Positions 1 through 13,400 of a DNA stretch of 64,000 bases are shown here, one piece after another. The stretch covers positions 64,001 to 128,000 of the IMG/VR virus record IMGVR_UViG_3300021387_001709; one strand, written 5' to 3'. How positions within the stretch are numbered: the first letter of the stretch is position 1; each line of letters opens with the position of its first letter. The position numbers and the translations under genes are program-made. The notes below the pieces were generated by a model. That model did not search any database. It was not told where the DNA came from and worked only from the letters and a program-made list of their open reading frames with translations. The stretch is from a virus (Duplodnaviria > Caudoviricetes).

Positions 1-310
1 GAGCGCCGTCAACTCCGGAACGACTTACATTATAAATAATCGCAAATTTCCCGTCGCTGTATACAGTGCGAGTTCTTGTCCAGAGCCATTCGCCGTCGGC
101 AACATTAGGCAATTCAGTGCTCCAATTTCCCTGCGTGAGGACAATTCCATTAATGTCGGTAATAACATTGCCGTCTTTATCGGTAAACGGCGCCCCAGGA
201 GGTATTGTACCGCTAGAAGAAACGGCATATTCAACTATTGTCTCAGCTACTGAATTTCCGTCCTATACATCAATCACTGACGTTGAACTCATTGCTAATA
301 TTTTAGGCAT
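1..310 (-). CDS. Tail fibre / host-specificity protein, N-terminal part (runs off the window)
   Basis: GAAGGAGGTGA RBS, ATG at 310, TAG at codon 16 read as Gln: MPKILAMSSTSVIDVQDGNS...WSTELPNVADGEWLWTRTRTVYSDG. WST..P....G.WLWTRT is typical of Firmicutes siphophage fibre repeats. Confidence 0.7.
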
Positions 311-367
311 TATTTGTCACCTCCTTCATAATAATCATTTTTTTCATCCATATGCCCCCTAAGCCGA

Positions 368-2851
368 TTATTCCATTTCGCTCACTTCACAGAAGAACTG
401 CATGCGACCGTTAATAATTGACGGATCTACATACTACGCTCTCCCTGTTTTCCATGGGGTAGATGAATCTAACATATCGCCTTTATTATCTACTCGATAA
501 TATGAATATACATATGTATCATTATCAACCGTAGTTGCGTTAATCCATTCGGAGCCGGTATATTTTTTCAATACACAACTTTTTTTAGTTCTGTCAAGAT
601 GATAATAGTAATCACCGACTACCGGACTCGAAGGCGGTGTATCCGTAAACGTTGTAGTTTTGATTGGATCTACTTCAGTCCCATTTCTATATACCCTTGT
701 ATAAATAGCGCCAAAACCCTGGCTATTTTTAAATTCGGCAATTGTCGCTCTCGTAACCGCACTGATCGGGTCGGTAACATCATCAATGGTACGATAATCA
801 CTATATGTTTTACCTTTGTAAGTCGCCTCACATTTGAGCCACATTTGATCAGTCACCATCTGGGGGGTAATTGTTATCGAACTACCGGTCTGCCCGGAAA
901 TTGTCGTATACTGTCCACCTTTAAATTCCTTCCACACAAACGTCGCACTCTGTGTTACATCATCCATACCGGAGTTAACGATAGCAGTAATAGTAGTACT
1001 TTTGCCTTCTTCAACATTGCCGCCGTCATCACTCATTAATCGTAATAACACGGCATTAACTCCGTTTGGTGCTTGTTTACTTTTAGTCCAGGTATATTTA
1101 TAATCTACGTGCTTTGTAAGCGCCGTTAATCCAATGGTAATATCGCCGGTCATCATTGTGGCAGATCCAAATGTTGCACCGGATGCTATAGTCAACACTA
1201 ACATTCCGTCAGCGGCTTCCGTACCCTATGAATTGGTTTTTACCGACACACCTATCGGAAGAGTGTCAACCGATGCAGCAACGGGTACCCTGGTAATTCC
1301 CTTATACGCATAAAATGGGATACTAACATCACGAGAAGCCAACGCAGCCCCCTCTGTGTCACACGGTATAACATCCGAGTAATTACCGAGTCCCATACTA
1401 AGACCGTCAGTTCCGTCTTGTCCGTCTTCGCCGGTTGCACCATCTCTCGTAATAACAACCGACTGGGTGTCGAGTTCCTATGTAGTTCCGTCTGACGCAT
1501 AAAGCACACAGCGAATAACTAAAACGTTTTCATCTGAAGGGGTGTATATTGTGGAGTTTTCATTAGATTTACTGGTATACTTCGTAGTAAACGTAGTGCC
1601 ATCAGTTGATTCACTAATAATAAAACGTCCGCTATAATTACTCCTTACCAATGCATTGCCGACTTTTGTGTACGCATTAAATGTAACCGCCGACGGGGTA
1701 TATTCCTTGGCTTCGCTCAAATTGAGAGAGTAAGAATTAGGCTCAACCTCATAAATTACTGCGTCTTTACCGTCCTGACCGGAGTACTGTTTAGAAATGG
1801 TAAATCGTTTTGTCAACGGAGAATAACCGGTTCTTGTACAGTTAAAGTCAGCATAAGAACTGTCGCCGGTAAGTCCGCTCGGTGTAAAAATATGTGTGGA
1901 TGCATCATATGTGCCCTCCAGACCCGTACCAGGTGTTACGTTAATAGTCCAATTTGACGTTGTTTCGGTTCCACCCTCATAAATGTGGATTTCGGTCTGA
2001 GAACCCGCCCAAGAGCGAATAGAGCCGTCAGAATTAGCCGATAAAACATGGTTTTCATTGCTAAGAACAGCAGCTACCGTAGCATTACCGGCAGCACCGT
2101 CTTCAATCTTGACAATTTGCGCCAAATCAAAAACCGTAGGGTCATTGGTCGTAACTTTAATAATTGCCGTCTTGCCATTAATCCAAATATCCTATTCATC
2201 GTGACGAACGGTTAACGTACTCTCTGTAATAGACGGATTATTGGTATTCGGGAATGCCGCAAATGTCCCGTCTGATTTTTTATATTGCCACTAACTTATT
2301 TGACAATTTGAGAAATCTGCCGTCAAAGTAATAACTCCGGAGCCTACTATTTTTTTACCGGTATCATACAAAAACGCATTTTCTCCTGTGATTGTTACTG
2401 TTTTTAATTCAGAAGCCATCTTTACGAGAGAATAAGTGAGTGATGCCTCTGCTTCAATCGGAATTCCGGTATCCGGGTCTCTATAAACAACTTTGCAAAC
2501 ATATGTGAGCTATCCACCGGATGCGGAAGATAACTTATTAGCTTTAACCGTAAGAACCCCACCGCTGACCGTCTCCCCTGTCGTTAATGCGGTAGCATCT
2601 CCTGTTCCTTCTCTTCGTGTAAATGTAATCGTTAGTCCTGTCGCATTAAGCGCAAGATTCTGGCCGTTATATGATATAACGGGCGTTATCTTTAAGTTAG
2701 TTGATGCCCAATTAGGTGAATATGTTCCGCCATTCTAGTTGGGATCATAGATAACACTGTTAGGCAAATTACTAGTGCAATAAAAATTAAGACTGCCGAC
2801 ATCAGTAATGTCACTTACGCTCACGCTTGAAAAAGCTTGCACCTTAGCCAT
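368..2851 (-). CDS. Minor tail / receptor-binding structural protein, 827 aa in code 15
   Basis: Track ORFs 434..1204 and 1478..2125 share one frame with ATG 2851 and TAA 368, separated by TAG codons. Thr/Ser/Gly-rich beta-sandwich-like sequence with GxDG linkers, downstream of the tail tip genes. Confidence 0.75.
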
Positions 2852-2868
2852 ATTTTATATCCCTCCTT

Positions 2869-5800
2869 TTAATTCGATGTCACCGTGATATCTTCATACT
2901 CGAACGTACACTAAAAATCAGCATTCACTTTTACATCGTTTGCCGTAATAGTAATGGTTTTTGTCCCGATACTATGCCGAATGTTCCAATAAGTGTCCGC
3001 GTCGTTATCACGGCTTGTTCTTGTCCAAGTAAAACATGACGCATCATACTCATCTGTTACGTCAACATTATTTTTTAATAATACAGCAATTAATTGTATG
3101 TCTCCTCCAAAAATATTGGTTCCATTTGGAGTCTCTATAAACAAGCTATAAATAGCTTTATTTTCTAAATCCTATCGCAATGTAGTAAGAGCATTGGACG
3201 TGCCATTTTTAAACTCTGTATAGTCAACGCCAAAACTTCCTCCTCCGGTAGTAATCTATTCTATAGATACCGTATCTCCCTATTTCATAACATTAAAACT
3301 AAGTTTATTTTCAGAAATTGTATTATCATGAATCATATTATTCACAATCAAACCGTCTGCAACCGCATCAGCCGTAATTCCACTAGGTTCAATAATCGTA
3401 GCACCATTTTCATTCCTCAATACCAAACTCGGTTGCCCGTTGGTCGCATATCCAAGCTGTACACCAACGTAATCATTCCCCTAGGAGTCTGTTCCAAGAA
3501 TCTGTAATGCCTACCCGTTCATAACCATTTTTCCATTCTCAGATATAATCCTCATCTGATCGCTAACCGTAATATCGCCGGCTGCGAGATCACCAACCGT
3601 GATTTTTCCGGCAACAGCATCATAAATATAAGCATCGGTAATTGTACTGGTAGCAGCAGTGGAAGAGAGTGCTTGCAAACTTCTGATAAATGCATTGCCG
3701 ACATATTCCGTCTCAATGTTTGCCACATCAATAGTAGCAAGTTTTGCCTTAAGGTCTTCCACCCGAATTTCGGACGCTACGACCAATGTACTTTGTAAAT
3801 ACTCAATAAAAGCGGTGTCAGCGGTCAGTCGTTCTACGTCAGCTTCCGTGGCTGATAATAGAGCAGTAATAACGACATCTGCATTTATTTGATGTGCCTC
3901 AATGTACGGAGCTATTAATTGTGCAAATTCTGCATAATCACCGGTTATTTGGCTAACGTCAATAGATGCAGCAGAAATGCTGTTTGATACCAGATTATTA
4001 ATGGTAGCTTCTCCGGCTTCAAGAATATTAGCCGATAACTGGTCAAAATCACCGCTCTGTGCTTGCAATAGCTTTGTAACTATTGTATCGCTTTCGAGAT
4101 ACTTTGTAATTACCTCGTCAAAATGCCCGGATTCTGCGTTAAGCAATACGGTAGTAATAGATTCGGCACTTAATCGACCTGAAAACAATTCATCAAATTG
4201 TGCCTATGTTCCGGTTATATGATCGACCTATACGTTTGTATTCCCCATATAAGTAGATATTAAATTATTAACTTCTGTGGTATTTGTTCCACCAACCACG
4301 GACATCGCCTAACTTCTTACAGCATTAGTAAATAATCCCGACCTAGTCATCCATGTGAGCAAGTTCGTCGCGTATTCTTCATCACTCTTGGAGGCGCCGG
4401 TTCCCAGTGAAATGCTATTCTTTTGTCCTCTATTATTTTCATCGTCTATTATTTGAGTAAAATCATTACGCCCGCTCTTAGAAGTTATCATAGATGAAAA
4501 CGTAAGCTATAAATTCTCATCTACTTCACATGGGTTGTATTCTATTTCAATTATTCTCAGTTTAACACTGTAGTCATCACGGATTCCTAGCCTAATAAAT
4601 CGCATTAGTCTAAGGTCTTCATTCCAGTCCGCAAATTCCGGAATACGGAGAAGATTATCCAACTCCACCGTAAACTGATATTGAGGTCTGGACACCTCAG
4701 ATAATTTACTCATTGCATCTTCATATAACTCAAGCTGACGGTCTATCATCGTTGAGGTATCATCTAATGACGTCGAAAAAATATTAGAGTTTGTATAGTC
4801 GGTGTCTATGAACAACGTTTTAATATAATTTATTTCGTCTTCGGTAAATCCTATCTCATTGTCATATATATCAACAGCTGTCTCAAGTGCAGCTCCTTTA
4901 TTATAATAATTAATATAATCCTCGGCTGTTTTAAGAAGACGCTGTTCTTCCTTGATTTCATTCTCCAAATATGCCTTACGTTGCTTCATTTGCTAAATCA
5001 TTTCCTAAATATGGAGATAGTCATTACGTCCCTAAATATTATATGCTGTTTCATTTGCATAGTTAGTTTTTTCTGCTGCGGTCATCTAATCCCATGGTTT
5101 GGCAAAATGATTAAGAGCCGGGAGCTTATCTAGTTCATAATTCTTCAGCTTGCCTTCAAGTTCATATAAACCATAGAGTTCCCAGTTTTCTTCGCTTTCC
5201 TGACCATAACGAATTTTCTGATCGTTTGGAAGATTTTCATTAAGCATCGCCTGCTTTATATACGGAATAATGTATGTGACAATTTCCATATAAGTATAAT
5301 AACCACCCTAATTGGCTGCTTTAAGTAATTCCAAATATTTTTGATGATCAACCTCTCCGTCATCTGTTTTATAAGGAATATATTCTCCGTCTTTATCATA
5401 CATTTCTTCCGGTTCCCTAGTGTCTACGGATGTTTGCAAAACAGCCAGTTTTGCTTCATTTAATTTAAGGTGTTCTTGCAGTGCTTCCATGCTCATATTA
5501 TCCCATTGTTTCCAATATGTATCGTCACTCGGAACATGGTATTGTAATTCGTCTATAATTGCGGCCTGTTTTGCAGCCTATTTATGCCATTCAATCAAAC
5601 TCGGTTTCCGATAATATTCCCTGAATGCTAACCACTTATTAATTTTATCAATCAGACTTTGGTCCATGTATGGCTCTGCCATAAAATATGATAGATCAAA
5701 ACATTGATCGTCACCAAAATTGACAATAGTAGTAGTCAGATCATTTTCGCCGCGAACACGAAACCTCGTATAAACACTGTCTTCATCTACTGATATATCT

Positions 5801-6513
5801 ACATTTTTTGCAAGATTTCGGTATCCAATAAATATATTAGTATCAAAATCGAGGTTCTCTTTTCCGTATGCGTTAACTGTTCGATTAAGATAATCAAAAA
5901 TGAATATCAATCCCAGTCTGGGAGCAACAGTGTTGGTCATTATTGAATATATATTTGCATTATCAACTTCAATGATGGGGATTTGCATTTTATAAAGACC
6001 ACGGTCAATATGTCCAATGCTCCAATATGGCAATTTAGTCAACATTAAGTGAAGAAATGACAATTCCGGATTATCGGGATTATAGAACGTAACAAACTCC
6101 TTCGCTACTCCTAGGTCATTTATGTTGTCAGTTGCCAACATTTCCAGACTGTCTTCTTTTCCACAGTTTATTTTTAACCCTATCCAATCTTTTTGTTCAA
6201 ATTCTTTTTCAAGTGAGTAAGCCTACACTTCTTTATATTCATAATTTCCATCGTTATGAACTGTCGGCTCCTACATTTGGAAAAAACCGATACCCTCAAG
6301 TAATAAATACATATATATCTTAAGGTCTTCGTATCCATTTGATTCAATTAATTCTCCGTCTATAGATAAATAACGATCTACATTAAAAGTCAACTCATCG
6401 TAATCTTTCACATACTGATGGAAGTCAACAGAATTAGTTTGCAAACCGTTAAGAACTGTTCTGATTTTTAAATCCGGAGTACATAAATATATTTTTTTAA
6501 CGTCCTAAATCAT
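2869..6513 (-). CDS. Tal-like tail tip / tail spike protein, 1214 aa in code 15
   Basis: Seven same-frame track fragments joined through TAG. Starts ATG ATT TAG and ends TAA 2869. Lies after Dit and contains I.A..I.A spike-like repeats. Confidence 0.75.
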
Positions 6514-7361
6514 ACTAACCAGCCTCCGGCAATTTTAACAGGAGAGTCATACTCTAATTTTATACTGATGTTCCCATGTACGTTTATTAAATTTCTGCCC
6601 GGTTTAAACCTAAGCCAATAAATGTTGCCGACGTCACTCCAGCCAAGCTCTCTAAAATGAAGAGTACCGACCTAATCACTTGCAATACAATGCTTACAAT
6701 CGAATGAATATTTAATATGACGAGAAGTGGTCACCTTCATAGTATTATTGCTGTCCGTGGCATTAGCAATCCTAAAAGATGGATTGCTTGACAAATCAGA
6801 ACAGTAAACGACAAACTTCGGATATACCCATTCTTCCAATTCGTCAGATTTACAATCAACCGTAAAACTCCAATCCGGAAGTCCGTCCGTATCGTCTACG
6901 GCTCCGTCCGGCGGAGGAGTGAGTTCCATTGCATAATGCTCATACGCATATGACCCATTTACGGAAAATGTAAAATCCATTGCATAAAATCCGTTGTCAG
7001 TAGGATACCACTGCGTTGTCGTGAATTTTCCATAGTATTTATATCGAACGTTGCCATCACAATCCGTAATCTAAATTGGCAATGAAAATTTTGGTGAAGT
7101 CAACCATCTCTCGACAGCAATCTGTTCATCATATGTAAACTCCGTCATATCTGACTTGACAAGTGAATAGACAAACTCAAGATGCTCGGCAATTGTCCCA
7201 TATTCATTTACAAACGGACGACTAATTGTAGGTTCTCCGCCAATAAGAGACCTTGTAACACCCTATACATTTGTAACTCCGCTCTCCGTGGAACATAATA
7301 ACAGCTCCGATGACGGCAAAATGGTTGCAGTTGAATTACCATTATAAATAAAACCGGCCAT
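6510..7361 (-). CDS. Distal tail (Dit-like) protein, 283 aa in code 15
   Basis: Immediately follows the tape measure gene. MAGFIYNG start and ERWLTSPKF motif, with an ATGA overlap into the next gene. Confidence 0.7.
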
Positions 7362-7381
7362 ATTTCCCCTCCTTTCTTTAT

Positions 7382-7413
7382 AAAAAGAGAGGCCGTCATT
7401 ATAACGACCTCTC
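7382..7413 (-). terminator. Rho-independent terminator after the tape measure gene
   Basis: GAGAGGTCGT/ACGGCCTCTC stem followed by TTTTT on the minus strand. Confidence 0.6.
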
Positions 7414-7419
7414 GGTTAA

Positions 7420-10400
7420 TCAGTGTCCTGCCTTGCGCATATCTTTGCTCATTTCTTTTGTAGTATAGTTATATATATTCTTTTTAAATGAGGCATTGCT
7501 CATCAATCCCTTTGCTATTTCTTCAAGCTGCGGAATAATGGATTGATCGGCATTACCGTCTATTTTTATTAAGTTATCATAATGTATATTAATACTCTGA
7601 TTGGTATTATGACTAACATTGTACTCTGGTACTTGGAAATTCGGTGTTTGGACCGGAACCATACCGGATTTTGCCATTTCCATAAGGTTAGCCGTAAGAT
7701 CTGCAGGAATTACTCCGTCACCGGCTTTTAATGGCATAAGCATTACGCCGCGACGTGTAACTATTGCCTCTGAACCATTTTCATTAATCCTATGCAAACC
7801 CGGTTTTGCGTTCTTTGTTCCTTTTGCGTACCCATCTTCAAGTATCTCTTCTACCGGGGCCTCTCTAAGCACAAACCCTTTTCGGAATATATCTCTGATA
7901 TCCCCAACATCTTCCCGGATTTTCTGAGCTTGATTCTGGATATTGTTTTGGTATGCATATTCTTCCTTGGAAAGATTATCGTCATAATGAGGGACATAAC
8001 TGGTTATACCGCCGGGTCTTCTGAGTTCATTGTACTCGAGATTCTTCCCTTTTGTCCACCCAGTTTGAATATTGATAGCATCCGCTACCTAATCAATTTC
8101 TTCCATTCCTAATTGCCCCGCATAAGCGTCTGGATGGAATGATTTAATATAAGCATTGAATGAGTTATCAACATTTTCTAACTGAGAAGAAAGATTGTTT
8201 ACGGAGTCTTTTACAAGTTCTATAGCATCGTCGAGGTTAACAGCCAGATCTTTTACATATTTTTCGAAGTTCTCCTAAAGCTATGTTTGAAGATCTGTTA
8301 ATCCTTCAACTCGAAGATTGACTATGTGTTCTTTTACAGTATCGTCAAGTTCTTCTTGCATTTCCGCACGTTGTGCTTCGAGACGTGCCTTTTGAGCGCG
8401 ACTCTCGGCATCAGTTAGGCCATTTAGTGCGCGGATTTGCTGCTCGATAAGCTATACATCTTTATTTTGTTTTCGTAGTTTCTTATCATAATCATAAAGC
8501 TCTTTGCGTTTATTCAACTCGTTCTTTCTGGCATCAATTAGCTTGTTAATATAAGTAATTTCTGTTTGATACCTGTCGGTTATGTTCTTAATAATGGTTT
8601 GTCTTTGCGATGCTAAAGTAGCCAATACATCTCTGCCTTGCGCCTCGAGTTCATTTTTACGCTTCGTATATTCTTCAAGGCTGTATGACTCATCAGACCC
8701 AAACAAATCATTATTCTATCTTATTGCGGCGGCTATATAAGTATATTCGTCTTGCGCTTCCTTATAAGCGCGTAAATCCATGGCGTATTTATCAATTCCA
8801 AGCTGAGTAAACACACCGTCGGTTGTATACATCATATCTGGGCTGATTAATCCCTTGAATTGCTCTGTTGCTTTATGCAGCGTTGCGAACTGATTAATTA
8901 CATTATCAATTGCCTTGAAGTAGACGTCCTCACGAAGTGCGTCCTATACTTCTCCGATATCTATCTCTAAATCGACTATCTCTTTGCTCGTATTGTTAAT
9001 TTCTGTCTGCATTTTCTTCCATTCTTCGCTGCCTTCAATGATTCTACCGGATGATACTGCATTGGCTAATTCGTCGGTAAGTGCTCGCCTCTGATTATAT
9101 AATGCAGAGCGCATGTCTTTTATTTGCTGAATCTCTTCGCCATAGCTATCTACAACTCGCTGAGCATCCGATCCTTTATTTATCTTCATAACCGGCTTAT
9201 TTTTTGTAGAAGTATTAAAAGTAACACCTCTAAGCATACCTTTTTCGCGGTTAACTGTGTTTCCGGCGTATCCACGTTCCTACCACAATTTACGAGTTTG
9301 AGTTGTTATACTTCTAAGCCCATCAATATAATCTATTGTAGCTTCATACCAGTTTTTAATATTCTCAAATCTTTCTTGCGCAATCTTTTGTTCTCGTTCG
9401 GCTGTTTCAAGTGCAGCTTGATTGAGTTCTTCTTTCATTTTGGACTCTTGATCTTTTGCCTGAGTGAGGGCAGTAGTAACATTTTCTAATGATACCACAC
9501 TATTATTCCACAATGCGGCTACATGAGCCAACGCATTAGAAACTTTTGTCGGGTCTATCTTTTGCCCTTTTTTCATAGCTTCATCAATGATAGCTTTTTC
9601 GGCTTTTGTTGCGGCTTGGTACGCTTTGTCGCTCTTGATACTCTTTGCCCTATCAGTCTATGCTTTCTGAAGTTTTGCACGTTGTGCTTCGAACTCATCG
9701 GTGACACTTTCTTGTTCTCGTAATGCTTTTAATCGTTCCTATAGCTATTTCTTCATTTGTTTTAATTCTTCTTCTAGGTATTTATTCTGGGTTCTAAATG
9801 TCGGCACTTTTGAGTCCGCCGAAGCATCCGCGTCCATAAGAACTTTTGCCTAATCAGAAATTCTCTGTTGTTCTGTTGCCACTGCCTTTTTATCAATCTC
9901 ATTTTGCTTTTTAGCACTTTCCCAATTAGACCTTGCATTATTCTATGCCGCTTTTGCCGCAGCTTGTTTGGCAATTTTATTATTATAATCATTTACCAGA
10001 TCTTTAAAATGATTACCCATCCAACTTTGATGTTCAATACGTTTACCCTGCGATATTAATTTAAGAACCCAGTTTTTATCCTTTGCCTTTACATTGTTCT
10101 TGTTCATGAATTGCTTAATATTATTAATGGATGTCTTGGTCATCGATTGACGTTTTTCATAGTCGGATTTTTTTGTTTCATATGTATTCCATCTGGTGCT
10201 TCTCGCAGTCGCGGATTTATTTTCGACTTTCTTTTTCTCCGCGACACCCGTTGCAAGATCTATCATTCGTTGTGCCGACGCAATGCCGGATCTGCCGCTG
10301 GATATCGCACTTGTTATTCCGGTGATAGTATTAATTCTATTTTCAACTTTCTCTAATGCCTGCTCAAGCTTTTCGGTCGGTAGCTGAATAATCTGGTCTT

Positions 10401-13400
10401 GTAGTTCTCGCATTGTATTTGCTAATTCTTGAATTGCAGTATTTGCTTCACGAGCTTTATTAATATAATCAAGGTAAGCCCGTGCGCCTTCAACAAGTGC
10501 GGCATCGTCCGGATTAGTTGTATCAATAATATCAAGGTTATACTCTCCGGCCAATAATTTTTCTCTATTGAATTTAGTCCAAATATTTGCAGTCTTTTTA
10601 TTTCCGTCTTTATCGGCATAAGAGTAATTAGTTGCCAATTGCTCTGCGAAATTTGCATATGTTGTAGCGGCGTGAGAGTTAGCTTTAATTTCATCCTAAA
10701 TAGCTGTAATTTCTTTGCGGAGAAGTTTTCCTTTAGTTACTTTATTTACGTAGTCGGTAATCTTATCGGCAAAATATTTTGTTTTGTCCGCGAAATACTG
10801 AAGGCGAATTTCCACATAATCAAAGATTTCCTATGAAAACTGCGGTTTATCTTCCTCTTGCGGTTTTTCATCTCCGCCGGTGCCTGCGTTTCCGCCACCG
10901 GTGCTTGCTGTTTGAGTACCGCTACCAACGTTTACGTTGTTGTTATTTCCGCTAACACTAACTCCGGATTGTCCACCACCGCCGCCGGTCCATGTAAATG
11001 TTCCACCGCCTCCGGGAAAGGCATTCGTTAATTTAGATAATCTGTCAATTGTCCCATAAGCATAACCTCTGGCAGAACCAATAACTTTACCAATTCCGCC
11101 GTTCATACCGCTGAGTATTGCCCTAAGCTATGAATTGTTGAAAATTATATCTCCGGATTTTAACTGCATAAAATGAGCGCCGCCAGGAATAATACTGAAT
11201 TTACCGTCTCGTACTAATCCCTCCGGACCAATTTCTCCTACTAAAGCAGTTTGATCTTCTTTTAGCGCAATATCTCCCTTTGCATGAGAATCATATTCTT
11301 CATCTTTCAGAATACCTTTATCCGTTATCGTCCCTTTTGCAAATGTCTTTGATATATTATTTAAAGTTCCGGTTGCTCTGGCAACTGATTGAACAGTACC
11401 GGTAGCACCAGATTTAGTTTTCCCGCCGCCTCCTGACTAGACCGTATTAACATGGATTGTTGCTGTCATGGCATTGATTCTCGACACAGCGGCATGAGCA
11501 GCAAGCAATGCATTGCCGGTTGCAGCACCGACATGTATCATTGGATTTAATCCTTCAATAGTATTTGCAGCAGAACGAGCAGCAAGAATAGCATTTCCGG
11601 TCGCAGCTTCTACATGCATTGTCGGAGTCATTCCGTCAATTGTACTCTTTGCTCTGTTAGCGGAAGCAATCGCTTTGTCTGTTTTTGCTTCGACTTTCAT
11701 TTCCGGTTTCATGGAATCTATTTCTTCTTTTACCGAATCAACCTAATCCAACGCCTCTTCTGGATTAACTTTAATATCAATTGGATCGGTGTCTCTGATA
11801 CCATCAATTGCAGTTTTTAACGATTCAATCTATGAGGTAGCGCTATCAATATTTAATTTGACTGGAATATTAGATGCTTCAGCTTTTAATGCATTAAGAG
11901 CAGTGGTAGCAGCATTGGTATCAAGTGACGCTGACGTGGAGGATGTCTACTTATTGCCACCACTAAGAAAATTAGAAACAGCACTAATTGCGCCTCCCAC
12001 GGCGTTTTTAGCTTTCTGAATTACTTCAACTATAGTAACTTTTTTTGTCGCTGGTTTCTCCGCCTCCGCTTGAACTTCATCCTAACCAGTAGCTTCAAGT
12101 TTAACTTCCTTTGTGTACTCCTCGCCATTAATCGCAGCACTAACAGCTTCATTAATCCCCTAGAGAGAACCCTCATCTAATCTTACGGGCATAGATATTT
12201 CTTTTCCGTCGAGAGAATCTATCATTGCTTCGGCGGTTTCAACATCAGATGTATCTATATTTAGAGTGGCATCAAGAGTTCCATCATTCATCGATTGCTA
12301 TAATTCTTCTAATGAACCTCCGTCTTCAAGATACTGTTCTATTGCAACTCGCACGTTATACTCCTACTGGGTCTTTGCTTCAAGCTATTCAAGCTATGCG
12401 AGTGCTTCTTGACCGCCTTCTTCTTCAACATTTATTTGAGCCTTCATCTAGTCTATTTCAGCTAATTTATTCGAAAGTTCGTCCACGCTCATTGTCGCAG
12501 CATCAAATTGAGTTGCTCCCTCAAATTGAGTACCTTTAAATAATGCCTCCACCTTATCGGTAGCAACAGTAGCACTATCGCTAAATTGATTCATACTGTC
12601 GATTGCTCCGGCAAAATCAATTACGCCTAAAGCGGCGAGGATGTTCACCAACTATTCGCCCTAAGCAGAAGATAAGTTTGCTTCTTTAGCAATACCCTCA
12701 AGGGCATCCTCAGCAGCTTCGAGTCCCTTAACATTATAGTCTCCATCTCCCAGCTTAATCTATTTGAGTTCATCATACGATATCCCTTTAAGAGCGTCCG
12801 CATATTCCATAACCGCATCTTTTGCGTTCTGAATTTTAGTTTTGCCTGCTTCAAATGCGGAGAACTCAGCGGTGTGTGGGTCTATTCCAAATGCTTCAGC
12901 GCCAAGAGGAGACTCCCACGAACCAATTTTACCCTCGAGGTCTTTCATAGCGGCATTATAAGATGCTTCATCAACCTCGAAGTCAGCATTTACTTTAATT
13001 CCATAATCATCGGCTAAATCTTGTGCCTCACGGAGAAAACGATTTGCGCTTGCTTCGTCACCGCGCTCCATTGCATCATCATAATATGATTTAAGGTCTG
13101 CAATACTACTCTTGAGATTCTTAAGGTTGCTTACGTATTCCTATGCTTGTCCTCGCTAGAAATTTTGAGTAGCTGTCTGTACGGCATTCAGCTATCCTTG
13201 ATACTGATCAATGACATCCTACTGAATCGCCAAATCATCGGCGCTTGCGCCTTCACGCTTCATTTCGGCATATTTAAGCTATGCATTGGTAAGCTCATTA
13301 GTCCATTTCTATGTCTGAAGTTGAGCGTCTTCCATGGAGGAAACGAACGCACCCATTCCGCCATATTCTTCGGCTTTGCCAAACATGTCACGGAACCATT

